IMG/VR virus record: IMGVR_UViG_3300020045_012035
Span: 1 to 46,685 of that record
Reading direction: 5' to 3' (one strand)
Length of the DNA stretch: 46,685 nt
From: a virus
Taxonomy: Duplodnaviria > Caudoviricetes
A model generated the notes under the pieces. That model saw only the letters and a program-made list of their open reading frames with translations, was not told where the DNA came from and made no database searches. Numbering within the stretch: position 1 is the first letter of the stretch; each line of letters begins with the position of its first letter. Shown in pieces: positions 8,003 through 16,036 of this stretch. Both the position numbers and the translations under genes were made by a program.

Positions 8003-8230
8003 ATGAAAACATTTTTAAATATTTATGAAGTAGTTCAAATTGTCACATTAATAATATGGTTATACTGGATGATAACAAGTCGACCAATGTCCAAAGAAGG
8101 AGGCAGTCGCTTCATTAGAAATTGGAAAGAAGGAGGATATTTAGGTTTAATTATAATGGTAATTATATCATTAGGCCTATCTTTCGCAGCAGCTAGATCA
8201 TATCTACTACTAGAATTCTTATCTAAATAA
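8003..8230 (+). CDS. Two-TM membrane protein
   Basis: Two hydrophobic segments. Confidence 0.55.
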   Translation: MKTFLNIYEVVQIVTLIIWLYWMITSRPMSKEGGSRFIRNWKEGGYLGLIIMVIISLGLSFAAARSYLLLEFLSK

Positions 8231-8246
8231 TTGTAAATAGAAAGAT

Positions 8247-8552
8247 ATGGCAACGACATTTGACGTATTATTAGAAAATCAACCAATTATTAACGAATTA
8301 ATGAGTAAAATCAACTTCGTTGAAGTATCAAGATTCGCTACAGGAGGATTACACTCATCTCCTTCATTACTAATCACTTACGAAGGAGACGAAAAGGATT
8401 ATCATGAAAGAGGATATATTATGAGACCAGGAAACTACGACTATTACTTTTCCATTAAATATCCTAATGGAACAATATTTAATTCTCTTGAGCAGTTTAT
8501 AGATGATTATAAGAATCATCCAAAATACGAATATAAAGAAATACAGTTATGA
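8247..8552 (+). CDS. Hypothetical protein
   Basis: 101-aa ORF. Confidence 0.55.
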   Translation: MATTFDVLLENQPIINELMSKINFVEVSRFATGGLHSSPSLLITYEGDEKDYHERGYIMRPGNYDYYFSIKYPNGTIFNSLEQFIDDYKNHPKYEYKEIQL

Positions 8553-9019
8553 AATATTTTAAAGTCGAAGGAATGATAGAAGTTGAAGATCACATTACTA
8601 TTGATCAAGTCAACAATGCAGTAATAGACGGAGTGATTGACATCAATGGGTTATTTGCAGGAAGATTAAAAGCAGTTGATCAAGAGGGAAATGAAATCGT
8701 TCAACAAGATTCACAGACTGATCAAATTATTACTCTAAATGCTAAAGATTACTTAGAGAATGATGACTTTGTAAAGAAAGTAGAAGCAACTCCTATTGTA
8801 TATAAAACACTGTTTGAAGAAGATGACTGCGCTCCTGATGCTAAGAAGTATTTTCATGCACAGTTTCAAATGTATTTCAAAGCTCCATTAAAACAGTATC
8901 TTTTAGGGATTACTGAGATCAGTGAAGGAGATGATGTTGTTTATTACGATATCTATCCTCATCGAATCATTAACGAGATAGGAAGATGGATTGTTCAAAA
9001 AGACATTAATTTTAATTAA
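8549..9019 (+). CDS. Hypothetical acidic protein
   Basis: 156-aa ORF with an ATGA overlap. Confidence 0.6.
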   Translation: MKYFKVEGMIEVEDHITIDQVNNAVIDGVIDINGLFAGRLKAVDQEGNEIVQQDSQTDQIITLNAKDYLENDDFVKKVEATPIVYKTLFEEDDCAPDAKKYFHAQFQMYFKAPLKQYLLGITEISEGDDVVYYDIYPHRIINEIGRWIVQKDINFN

Positions 9020-9021
9020 TC

Positions 9022-9594
9022 ATGGATCCATTACAAGACTACATTCAATCACTTAATCCAGTAGAGTCAGATACTACAGAAGGGTTGTTTTACGGAGCGA
9101 AATATAATTGCTATAAAAAGGGAGAATTTATAGGAATCTTTACTTGGACTCAAGATAAGTATGTTGGAGATTCTTTTCAACGACCTGATTTAACTACAGA
9201 AGGAGAAACTTGCATTGAAGTAGGTCTTCCTGATATATGTAGAAAAGATATCCACAAGGGAGATATTGTCACATTTACAGATTTTAGAGGAGTTCATACT
9301 ACAGCTCAATCAAAACATGACGGATATATTCCTGGATGGGTAGGTGTAATAAGATGGAGTGATTACGACGGTTGGGTCTTAGATAAAAACAATACTCACA
9401 ATCAATCAATACTAAAAGCGAAAGACGGAGAAAAGCAATCTCGAAATAATCCATATCACCATCGAATGGGTCATATATCAAGAGTGAGACCAATGATCGT
9501 TGGTAATATGTATGAGAATATAGATTTACTAGCTCACTTCGATTATGACGCAGTAAAAGAGAAATACGAAAAAGCAGTAGAGCAAATAAAATAA
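9022..9594 (+). CDS. Protein with a YopX-like C-terminal region
   Basis: GLPDICRKDIHKGDIV...IVGNMYENIDLL resembles the YopX consensus. Confidence 0.55.
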   Translation: MDPLQDYIQSLNPVESDTTEGLFYGAKYNCYKKGEFIGIFTWTQDKYVGDSFQRPDLTTEGETCIEVGLPDICRKDIHKGDIVTFTDFRGVHTTAQSKHDGYIPGWVGVIRWSDYDGWVLDKNNTHNQSILKAKDGEKQSRNNPYHHRMGHISRVRPMIVGNMYENIDLLAHFDYDAVKEKYEKAVEQIK

Positions 9595-9596
9595 TT

Positions 9597-9639
9597 TACT
9601 TCCACTGTTGCCTACTACATACTTCTGTTGTATCTTTCC
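9597..9639 (+). promoter_or_regulatory. Repeated phage promoter
   Basis: GTTG(9607-9610)-N20-TATCTTTCC(9631-9639); the spacer itself holds a TACATACTTCTGTTG copy. Confidence 0.6.
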
Positions 9640-9665
9640 GTTATAAAATTTTTAAAACCTAAAAA

Positions 9666-10046
9666 ATGGAAACACAATTAACGTTTATTCTTCCACTCCT
9701 TTTTGGACTTGGAGCAAGTGTAGTGATATTACTAATCGCATATCTGTTGACAAAATGGATAAACAATTCAGTAATAGAAACCATGATTCGCCTTGAATCA
9801 ATAGAAGAGAAACCGTTATCTCTCTCAATTACCCGACTTGAAGGGAAAATAGTCGCTGAACAACCAGTAAGGCTTTTTGAAGACTTAGAAAAGTTGGGAA
9901 TTCAAAGAGCAAGTATTAGCTATGATGATCCAGCATGGATTTCAGTTTCGCACGATAGAATTGAAATAACTCTTTCGATTGAAAACTGGAAAAAATTAGT
10001 GACCTTAACTCATTCAATTCTTCCAACAGAAAAAGGAGGATATTAA
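9666..10046 (+). CDS. Membrane-anchored hypothetical protein
   Basis: N-terminal TM helix. Confidence 0.55.
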   Translation: METQLTFILPLLFGLGASVVILLIAYLLTKWINNSVIETMIRLESIEEKPLSLSITRLEGKIVAEQPVRLFEDLEKLGIQRASISYDDPAWISVSHDRIEITLSIENWKKLVTLTHSILPTEKGGY

Positions 10047-10055
10047 CAACTAATT

Positions 10056-10086
10056 AATCCTCTACATTCATTTGTAGAGGATTTTT
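10056..10086 (+). terminator. Intrinsic terminator
   Basis: AATCCTCTACA/TGTAGAGGATT followed by TTT. Confidence 0.65.
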
Positions 10087-10112
10087 AAATTTATAATTAA
10101 AATCTAAAACAT

Positions 10113-10577
10113 ATGACTCTGACTCCCAACTTACAAAACAAACAACTTGAATTATTAGAAGTATTAAGAAAACTTAATTCAGCTAATAATAAAACTCTAA
10201 CAGCAGTTGAATTTGACGCATTATTCATTACTTTATCTCGAAAATACATTCAAAGAATCAAAACCGTTTTGATAAAGAATGCGATTATCAGAGTTCAGTG
10301 TAAAGGAGTAAAGAGAGGACAAGGATGGTTAGTTACTTACTGCAGCATTGTAGAGCCAAATATTCACACAAGCGAGCAGACTTTCGAATTAGTAAGAAAG
10401 CTTACAGCTACTTATAAGAGAAACAGCTATTTAAGAAAGAAAGGACAACGAACTTACACTAACGACTGGCTTCTTGAACAAATAAAGGTAATCAAGCAGA
10501 CGTTTGAGAGTAATAATCCTAATATTCAAGTAGATTTAAGTGTAAATTTCGTCACTATACAAAAGCATAAAATTTAA
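10113..10577 (+). CDS. Hypothetical basic protein
   Basis: 154-aa ORF. Confidence 0.55.
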   Translation: MTLTPNLQNKQLELLEVLRKLNSANNKTLTAVEFDALFITLSRKYIQRIKTVLIKNAIIRVQCKGVKRGQGWLVTYCSIVEPNIHTSEQTFELVRKLTATYKRNSYLRKKGQRTYTNDWLLEQIKVIKQTFESNNPNIQVDLSVNFVTIQKHKI

Positions 10578-10589
10578 ATCGAAATCGTT

Positions 10590-10982
10590 ATGGTAACAGG
10601 ATTTGAAGAGTTCTCTTATGAACTTACTGAAATTGAACAACAAAAGATCTATCCAAAATTCATTGAAGCATGGAGGGGAAGAGTTGTAGAAGAATTGATC
10701 AAAGCAAAAGACATGATCGATGGAATGCAGAGTTGGATTGAAAAAAACAATATAACTACCAAACCAGGAAAGATATATAAGATGACAGGTCCAAGAATGC
10801 GAAAAATCATTCATTGCGCAAGAGTAAAAGGAGATCTTCCAAATATGATTGCTAACAGTAAAGGATACTTCAAGACAGAAGATCAAAATAAGATCAGAGA
10901 GTTTATTAAAAGTTGTCGAGAACGTTCGAATAGCTTTTCAGAAGTAGCAAATGCATTAGAAACTTATAACTTCGAGAGATAA
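10590..10982 (+). CDS. Hypothetical protein, possible winged-helix DNA binder
   Basis: RMRKIIHCAR...IANSKGYF pattern. Confidence 0.5.
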   Translation: MVTGFEEFSYELTEIEQQKIYPKFIEAWRGRVVEELIKAKDMIDGMQSWIEKNNITTKPGKIYKMTGPRMRKIIHCARVKGDLPNMIANSKGYFKTEDQNKIREFIKSCRERSNSFSEVANALETYNFER

Positions 10983-11353
10983 TGGGAAAAGTAATTCAAC
11001 AAGGAGGAAGAGCTACAGGAAAGACAACAAGATTAATAGATTATATCGTTCAACAGCTGTTTGATGGTAAAAAGATTTACTTTCCAACAAAAGCTCAAGT
11101 AGAACGCGATAATATTGATACTTATAGACAAGTTGAAAGAACTAATATCCATAATACTAATTACTGGAAGAAACAGAATACAATTGTAGCAACTGATTGT
11201 GATATTTTAACAGGAGATTCTCAGCAACAATTCATGCGACGATTATTCAGTCGCTTAGAGTTAGAGCATGGATTAACTCTTAAAAATAAGATTACTGCTT
11301 ATAATGGATTACTTATACTTCAACTTAGTGATTTTAAAAGGATACGGAGATGA
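10982..11353 (+). CDS. Small protein with an N-terminal P-loop
   Basis: GGRATGKTT Walker A-like motif; no clear Walker B. Confidence 0.5.
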   Translation: MGKVIQQGGRATGKTTRLIDYIVQQLFDGKKIYFPTKAQVERDNIDTYRQVERTNIHNTNYWKKQNTIVATDCDILTGDSQQQFMRRLFSRLELEHGLTLKNKITAYNGLLILQLSDFKRIRR

Positions 11354-11712
11354 TTAATAAAGGAGATATATTTTACGGAGCATGGATAAGTGTTTTATCT
11401 GCAGCTAACGAGCATTCTGCTATCGAAATGGAAGAATGGCATGTTACTAAAGTAGATAAGAACGGCATTTACTTAAAGCAAAAAACCAGAATTTCTTGGG
11501 GTAAATTATCTAAGAAGCATGGAGATTTTGGTTTTCTACCAAACATTCCTGATTATTACAAAAAGTTAGTCCCACCTAACGAAACTATGATCAGTCAAGG
11601 GTTGTATAAAACTAAAATAGGAGCTTATAGATCAATCAAACCTATTCTTGAAAAGAAAGTTAAAGAACTCACTCGTTTATTGAATAGAGTGAATAAATCG
11701 ATAAAGAAATGA
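11350..11712 (+). CDS. Hypothetical protein
   Basis: 120-aa ORF with an ATGA overlap. Confidence 0.55.
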   Translation: MINKGDIFYGAWISVLSAANEHSAIEMEEWHVTKVDKNGIYLKQKTRISWGKLSKKHGDFGFLPNIPDYYKKLVPPNETMISQGLYKTKIGAYRSIKPILEKKVKELTRLLNRVNKSIKK

Positions 11713-11837
11713 GCAAAGAAGAATTATTAGAATTGATTAATTCGTGTGAAGAATTAATTCTTCCAAACGGAGCAGTTGGAGCTATTTGGAAAGAAGATTT
11801 GATTGAGAAAATTGAAAAATCTTTTGAAAATGAGTGA
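11709..11837 (+). CDS. 42-aa hypothetical protein (not in ORF track)
   Basis: MSKEELLELINSCEELILPNGAVGAIWKEDLIEKIEKSFENE*, ATGA-coupled to the upstream gene. Confidence 0.45.
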   Translation: MSKEELLELINSCEELILPNGAVGAIWKEDLIEKIEKSFENE

Positions 11838-11918
11838 TAATCAATATTATGATGAATATCGTCAACTCCAAATAAAGAAGGATAAAGATAAAAGCGAACT
11901 ACCTCAAAGTAAATAAAA

Positions 11919-12233
11919 ATGAAAGATCCAATAAAATTTATAACTCACATAGGAGCAGGGTGTGTAGGAGATTCTCACGATCGTTTAACAAGAGCTGCGA
12001 TTGAAAGTATAATCGATCAACACAAACATATGCCTATTTTAATAACAGGAATATCAAACTCTGGCAAAACCGGTCCCGAAGCAATGATGCGATTATTTCC
12101 GACAATGAATGGTAATCAAATGATCGAAGCTTCAATTACTATTGAAAGTGGAATTGATATCAGTAAATTGTTAGTAGGCGATAAATTCAATCATTCAGTA
12201 GGAATGAGATTAATCAAAGAAGATGAGCTGTAA
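11919..12233 (+). CDS. Hypothetical protein
   Basis: 104-aa ORF; ITGISNSGKT is P-loop-like. Confidence 0.5.
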   Translation: MKDPIKFITHIGAGCVGDSHDRLTRAAIESIIDQHKHMPILITGISNSGKTGPEAMMRLFPTMNGNQMIEASITIESGIDISKLLVGDKFNHSVGMRLIKEDEL

Positions 12234-12843
12234 TAGTTGTAGATTAGATAAACCAATCGTTAATAAAAAATATGATCTATGTGATGATTGCAACTATATG
12301 CGACTACACAACGGTCAAAGTAAAGCGGAAGTAGCAAGAGAAAAGGCTTCTAATAAAATAGCTACTCTACCAAAGATATATGTTTTTAAGACAAAAAAGA
12401 GATTGTCGTCAAATCAAAAGACACAAAAACAACAAGTGATTGATAAAGCGCTTCAATTACTAAAAGAGTCAATTCGACTTGATGCAAAACAAAGCGACTC
12501 CTACTACTGCAAAGGTTGCGGAAAAACTGAAAGACATCTTGATTGTAGCCATATCCTTTCAGTTAAACATAGAAAAGATCTTGAGCTTGTTAGAGAAAAC
12601 ATCAATCTATTCTGCAGACAATGCCATATAGATTGGGAGAGCGGAGATATTCTTAAAATGATAGCATTACATAGCTTCGAAAAAGATCTTGCTTATATGA
12701 AAGAAAACGATCCAGGAAGATATAACAAACTACTTGATGCTATCATATATCTCGTAGTACATATAGATGTGATTGATCCAGGAGAGAATATTGAACAGAA
12801 AGCAATAAAAATAGCACACGAAAATGATTTTATAATTAAATAA
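12223..12843 (+). CDS. NinG-like / HNH Zn-finger endonuclease
   Basis: CKGCG...LDCSHI...ENINLFCRQCH plus N-terminal CxxC...CxxC. Confidence 0.7.
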   Translation: MSCNSCRLDKPIVNKKYDLCDDCNYMRLHNGQSKAEVAREKASNKIATLPKIYVFKTKKRLSSNQKTQKQQVIDKALQLLKESIRLDAKQSDSYYCKGCGKTERHLDCSHILSVKHRKDLELVRENINLFCRQCHIDWESGDILKMIALHSFEKDLAYMKENDPGRYNKLLDAIIYLVVHIDVIDPGENIEQKAIKIAHENDFIIK

Positions 12844-12850
12844 TAAAACA

Positions 12851-13396
12851 ATGGCAAGATTTTACAAAGTAATAAATATCGAAAAGAAAGCAGCTGCTAA
12901 AAAGTTGTACGACGAACTACAACAAATGAGAAAAGATAATTTTGAAGCAGTTAAAAAACTAGTTCCATTTCCATGGGATAAGTATTTTGGACATGGTATT
13001 GGATTTACATTAATTCCTACATTCATTGGATTTGTACCGAAAGAAGGAGTGCAAATTGAGACGCCTACAGGTTGGAGGGTTGATAAGAAAAATAATTGCT
13101 TAGTTCCAGATAAAAAGACTAAAGAAGGAAAGATTATCAACAAAGCTCTTGAAGATTTGCCTAATGTGTTTTACGATCGAGTATATAAAGACTTAGGAAT
13201 TGATGCAAAAAATGCTGGCAGAAGCTTTAGTATTCCTTATGTAATGGAGGCAGTTCTGCAAAAACCAAGCGAAACAACCGGAGATCCTCTTGAAGAAAAA
13301 GAAATATATGTTCAAATAGACGAAAAAATAGAGCTAGAAGAGCAAGATTTCGAGGAAGTAACTACGACTTATGTAAGGAAAATGCTTAATCAGTAA
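12851..13396 (+). CDS. Hypothetical protein
   Basis: 181-aa ORF. Confidence 0.6.
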   Translation: MARFYKVINIEKKAAAKKLYDELQQMRKDNFEAVKKLVPFPWDKYFGHGIGFTLIPTFIGFVPKEGVQIETPTGWRVDKKNNCLVPDKKTKEGKIINKALEDLPNVFYDRVYKDLGIDAKNAGRSFSIPYVMEAVLQKPSETTGDPLEEKEIYVQIDEKIELEEQDFEEVTTTYVRKMLNQ

Positions 13397-13492
13397 TAAT
13401 TCTACAACAAAAAGTGGAAATTATATAACTAATTCGCCTTATTCATCTATATCTTTACCATTATTAATATTAATCGTTAAATAGACAAAAAG

Positions 13493-13786
13493 ATGAACAA
13501 AGCAGTATTTAAATTAGAAGTTTCTGAGGCCGTTAAGCAAATCGCGCAGAAACATGGAGTTACAGTAAAAATTGAACCTGTAGCTAAAGTGCAAGATCAC
13601 ATGGAAGCGAAGATTGTAATTATAGAGAAATCAAATACTACAAGAACTGATCAAGTAAAAGCATTGTATAAAAAAGGTTTAACATCTGCGAAAATAATTG
13701 CAGAAAGAATTGGTTCTCATCCTTCATATGTAGGATTATTACTTACTAGAGTTAAAAAGGTTAACGAAGGCAAAATTCTTGCTTAA
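13493..13786 (+). CDS. HTH DNA-binding protein
   Basis: QVKALYKKGLTSAKIIAERIGSHPSYV, paralogous to the C-terminus of 14070..15074. Confidence 0.6.
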   Translation: MNKAVFKLEVSEAVKQIAQKHGVTVKIEPVAKVQDHMEAKIVIIEKSNTTRTDQVKALYKKGLTSAKIIAERIGSHPSYVGLLLTRVKKVNEGKILA

Positions 13787-13807
13787 AAATCAGTAAAGCA
13801 AATCACT

Positions 13808-13841
13808 AAACACGCACTATTAATTTAGATGCGTGTTTTTT
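13808..13841 (+). terminator. Intrinsic terminator
   Basis: AAACACGCA/TGCGTGTTT followed by a T run. Confidence 0.65.
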
Positions 13842-13848
13842 ATTGAAT

Positions 13849-13901
13849 TATTTTACATACTTTTGTTGCATAATAATAAAATTGATATTATCTTTACCTC
13901 A
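13849..13901 (+). promoter_or_regulatory. Repeated phage promoter, 51/53 identical to 26208-26260
   Basis: TTACATACTTTT-GTTG-N20-TATCTTTAC. Confidence 0.7.
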
Positions 13902-13943
13902 TAGAAATAAAGAAAAATTTTTAACAACTAAAAAATAGAAATC

Positions 13944-14066
13944 ATGTTAACACTATCAAACAACAAAAATGTAAAAAGATTAAGCGACGGTAAATCAACT
14001 TTAATCATTGTCTCAATTCTTGTAGTAGCAATAGCTGCAATTACAATTTGGAGAAGTGTTTCTTAA
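13944..14066 (+). CDS. 40-aa single-TM peptide (not in ORF track)
   Basis: MLTLSNNKNVKRLSDGKSTLIIVSILVVAIAAITIWRSVS*, first ORF after the promoter. Confidence 0.5.
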   Translation: MLTLSNNKNVKRLSDGKSTLIIVSILVVAIAAITIWRSVS

Positions 14067-14069
14067 TTT

Positions 14070-15074
14070 ATGCAACTAGATTTAGAAGCAGGATACGGAC
14101 GATTAGATAACACTCTATATCAAGATGGAGTTCCAATCGTCCGTTTTACTTTTAGTAAGTTCCCTGATTACGACGAACTTAGTCCTGACGGAGTGAAGTA
14201 TATGCAACGATATATCGAAGGATATAAGGATAGAAATTATTTCGACATCCTTCCAGGATATTGGACTATTTATCCGAAAGAGGAAGATATTATAGAAGAG
14301 TTGAGTTTTCTTGACATTGAACCTTTAAGTGAGAGAAATGTAAAACAAACTCCTATTGAATTAATAACATTTACTGAAAATCAACAACAATATAGAAAGA
14401 TGGAAAATTTAAGAATCAATCTAAATAATACAGTTCACGACTTCGAAAAACAGAATTTAGTAACTATTGCTCGCAAAGGCGGAGGGTATGATAAGTTGAA
14501 ATGTAAAAACTGCGGTTTAACAGCTAAGACCACACAATTAGGATATGCAGAGTTTGACGGAAAACCTAATATTGATACAGCAAATAACTGCTCTTTCGAT
14601 ATTGATAAAGCAGAGTTTGTAGGAAAAGAGATCGAAGTAACTCGATGCACTGCTCAAGGATCATCATTTGCAAATCTTACTCCTCAATCAAGACATATCA
14701 TTGTAGAAGCACCTAAGCCTTATAGAAACGATATGACTGGAGTTTGGGTTCTAGGTGTAAATGAAGCTGTAAAACTGCTTAGAAATGAGTTCAAATTTAT
14801 TGAAAAGCTTGATATTCCTACCAAAAAAGAGCAACCTATCAGTAAATTCGAAAAAGCAATCGATTCAGTTACTAAAAAGTCAGATTTTCAAGAGCTTAAA
14901 GCAGAAGTTTTGAAAGATGGAGAAGAAGCTCATAATCCAACAGCTAATCGTTTAGAGCAAGTAAAATTCTATGTTAACAAAGGAATTATATCCTCTGTAA
15001 CAATTGCTAAGCTAATAGATGCAAATCCAAGTTATGTGTATAGATTGGTTAAACAAGCTCAAGAAGAGAAATAA
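14070..15074 (+). CDS. Hypothetical protein with a CxxC motif and a C-terminal HTH
   Basis: CKNCG; C-terminal QVKFYVNKGIISSVTIAKLIDANPSYV. Confidence 0.6.
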   Translation: MQLDLEAGYGRLDNTLYQDGVPIVRFTFSKFPDYDELSPDGVKYMQRYIEGYKDRNYFDILPGYWTIYPKEEDIIEELSFLDIEPLSERNVKQTPIELITFTENQQQYRKMENLRINLNNTVHDFEKQNLVTIARKGGGYDKLKCKNCGLTAKTTQLGYAEFDGKPNIDTANNCSFDIDKAEFVGKEIEVTRCTAQGSSFANLTPQSRHIIVEAPKPYRNDMTGVWVLGVNEAVKLLRNEFKFIEKLDIPTKKEQPISKFEKAIDSVTKKSDFQELKAEVLKDGEEAHNPTANRLEQVKFYVNKGIISSVTIAKLIDANPSYVYRLVKQAQEEK

Positions 15075-15445
15075 TGAAAAAACTAAACATACCAAGAGCA
15101 GTTCATATCAGCTCTACTAACAGAGATCGAATTACAATTGATGGAGAGTATGTAGAAGAATTACTCTCTCCTACACATCATATCATTATCTCAGGAGAAG
15201 ATTACGAGCAAGCAGTTGATAGTGGAAAACTAATGCTTGATGCAATTAAAACTTATCATGAACACGAACAGCTGCCATCGCAATTAGGCGATCAAGTAGA
15301 TAAGCTGCAACAAGAAAAGCAAGAATTGTATGATTACGTTCGTTCGATTACTATAATAGTTAGATCTTTTCGAGATTATGATCCTAAAACAATAGGATAT
15401 AAAGCTTACGAAGAGCATAAGAAGTTACTTGAAAAGTACAAATAA
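15074..15445 (+). CDS. Hypothetical protein
   Basis: 123-aa ORF, TAATG-coupled. Confidence 0.55.
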   Translation: MKKLNIPRAVHISSTNRDRITIDGEYVEELLSPTHHIIISGEDYEQAVDSGKLMLDAIKTYHEHEQLPSQLGDQVDKLQQEKQELYDYVRSITIIVRSFRDYDPKTIGYKAYEEHKKLLEKYK

Positions 15446-15468
15446 TAAAAACCAAAACCATATAACCG

Positions 15469-15729
15469 ATGAATAGTTTATTGCAAATTTTCAAAAAAGA
15501 CTTTACACAAAAAACTAAAGATTGTGATCAAGAGTCAAGCTTAGATTTCCATTTTGGAGACATAGTTAACGATCAAGTTAAAGAATTCGAGCACGAAATT
15601 AAGAAGATTGTCAGGAAAAGTAAAATGAGAGGAGAAGGAACGATAGTCCTTACAGAAGGCACTAAAACAACGCTTCTCACATTCTTATTCTTTCCTCGAG
15701 ATTGTGAATTGAAGATTGATCATTTATAA
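15469..15729 (+). CDS. Hypothetical protein
   Basis: 86-aa ORF. Confidence 0.5.
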   Translation: MNSLLQIFKKDFTQKTKDCDQESSLDFHFGDIVNDQVKEFEHEIKKIVRKSKMRGEGTIVLTEGTKTTLLTFLFFPRDCELKIDHL

Positions 15730-15735
15730 AAAGCG

Positions 15736-15797
15736 AAGTAGGTAAAAATAAATTACCTACTTTTGTTGTATGATCGAATTACCTGATGTATCTTTAC
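15736..15797 (+). promoter_or_regulatory. Terminator-like hairpin overlapping a repeated promoter
   Basis: AAGTAGGTAA/TTACCTACTT stem; its 3' arm continues as TT-GTTG-N20-TATCTTTAC. Confidence 0.6.
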
Positions 15798-15824
15798 CAT
15801 ATCAAAATTAAAAGATCAAATATT

Positions 15825-15998
15825 ATGGAAACTACAAAATCAATAGAGCAAATTACTAAAATTCTTAGCAAAGAGAAAGTGTATAAAGAAGAAATTATTA
15901 AGTGTGATCATAGTTATGATAAAATAAGAATATCGATGGCTAAAGGCTATAATATATGTAATTGTGGAAGAATGATTGAAATCAATACTTCAATTTAA
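15825..15998 (+). CDS. Small protein with a possible Zn-binding motif
   Basis: CDH...CNCG; start moved to ATG 15825, downstream of the promoter. Confidence 0.45.
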   Translation: METTKSIEQITKILSKEKVYKEEIIKCDHSYDKIRISMAKGYNICNCGRMIEINTSI

Positions 15999-16036
15999 TC
16001 AGTTAAATAAAAATTGCAATCAAAATAATCGAAATC

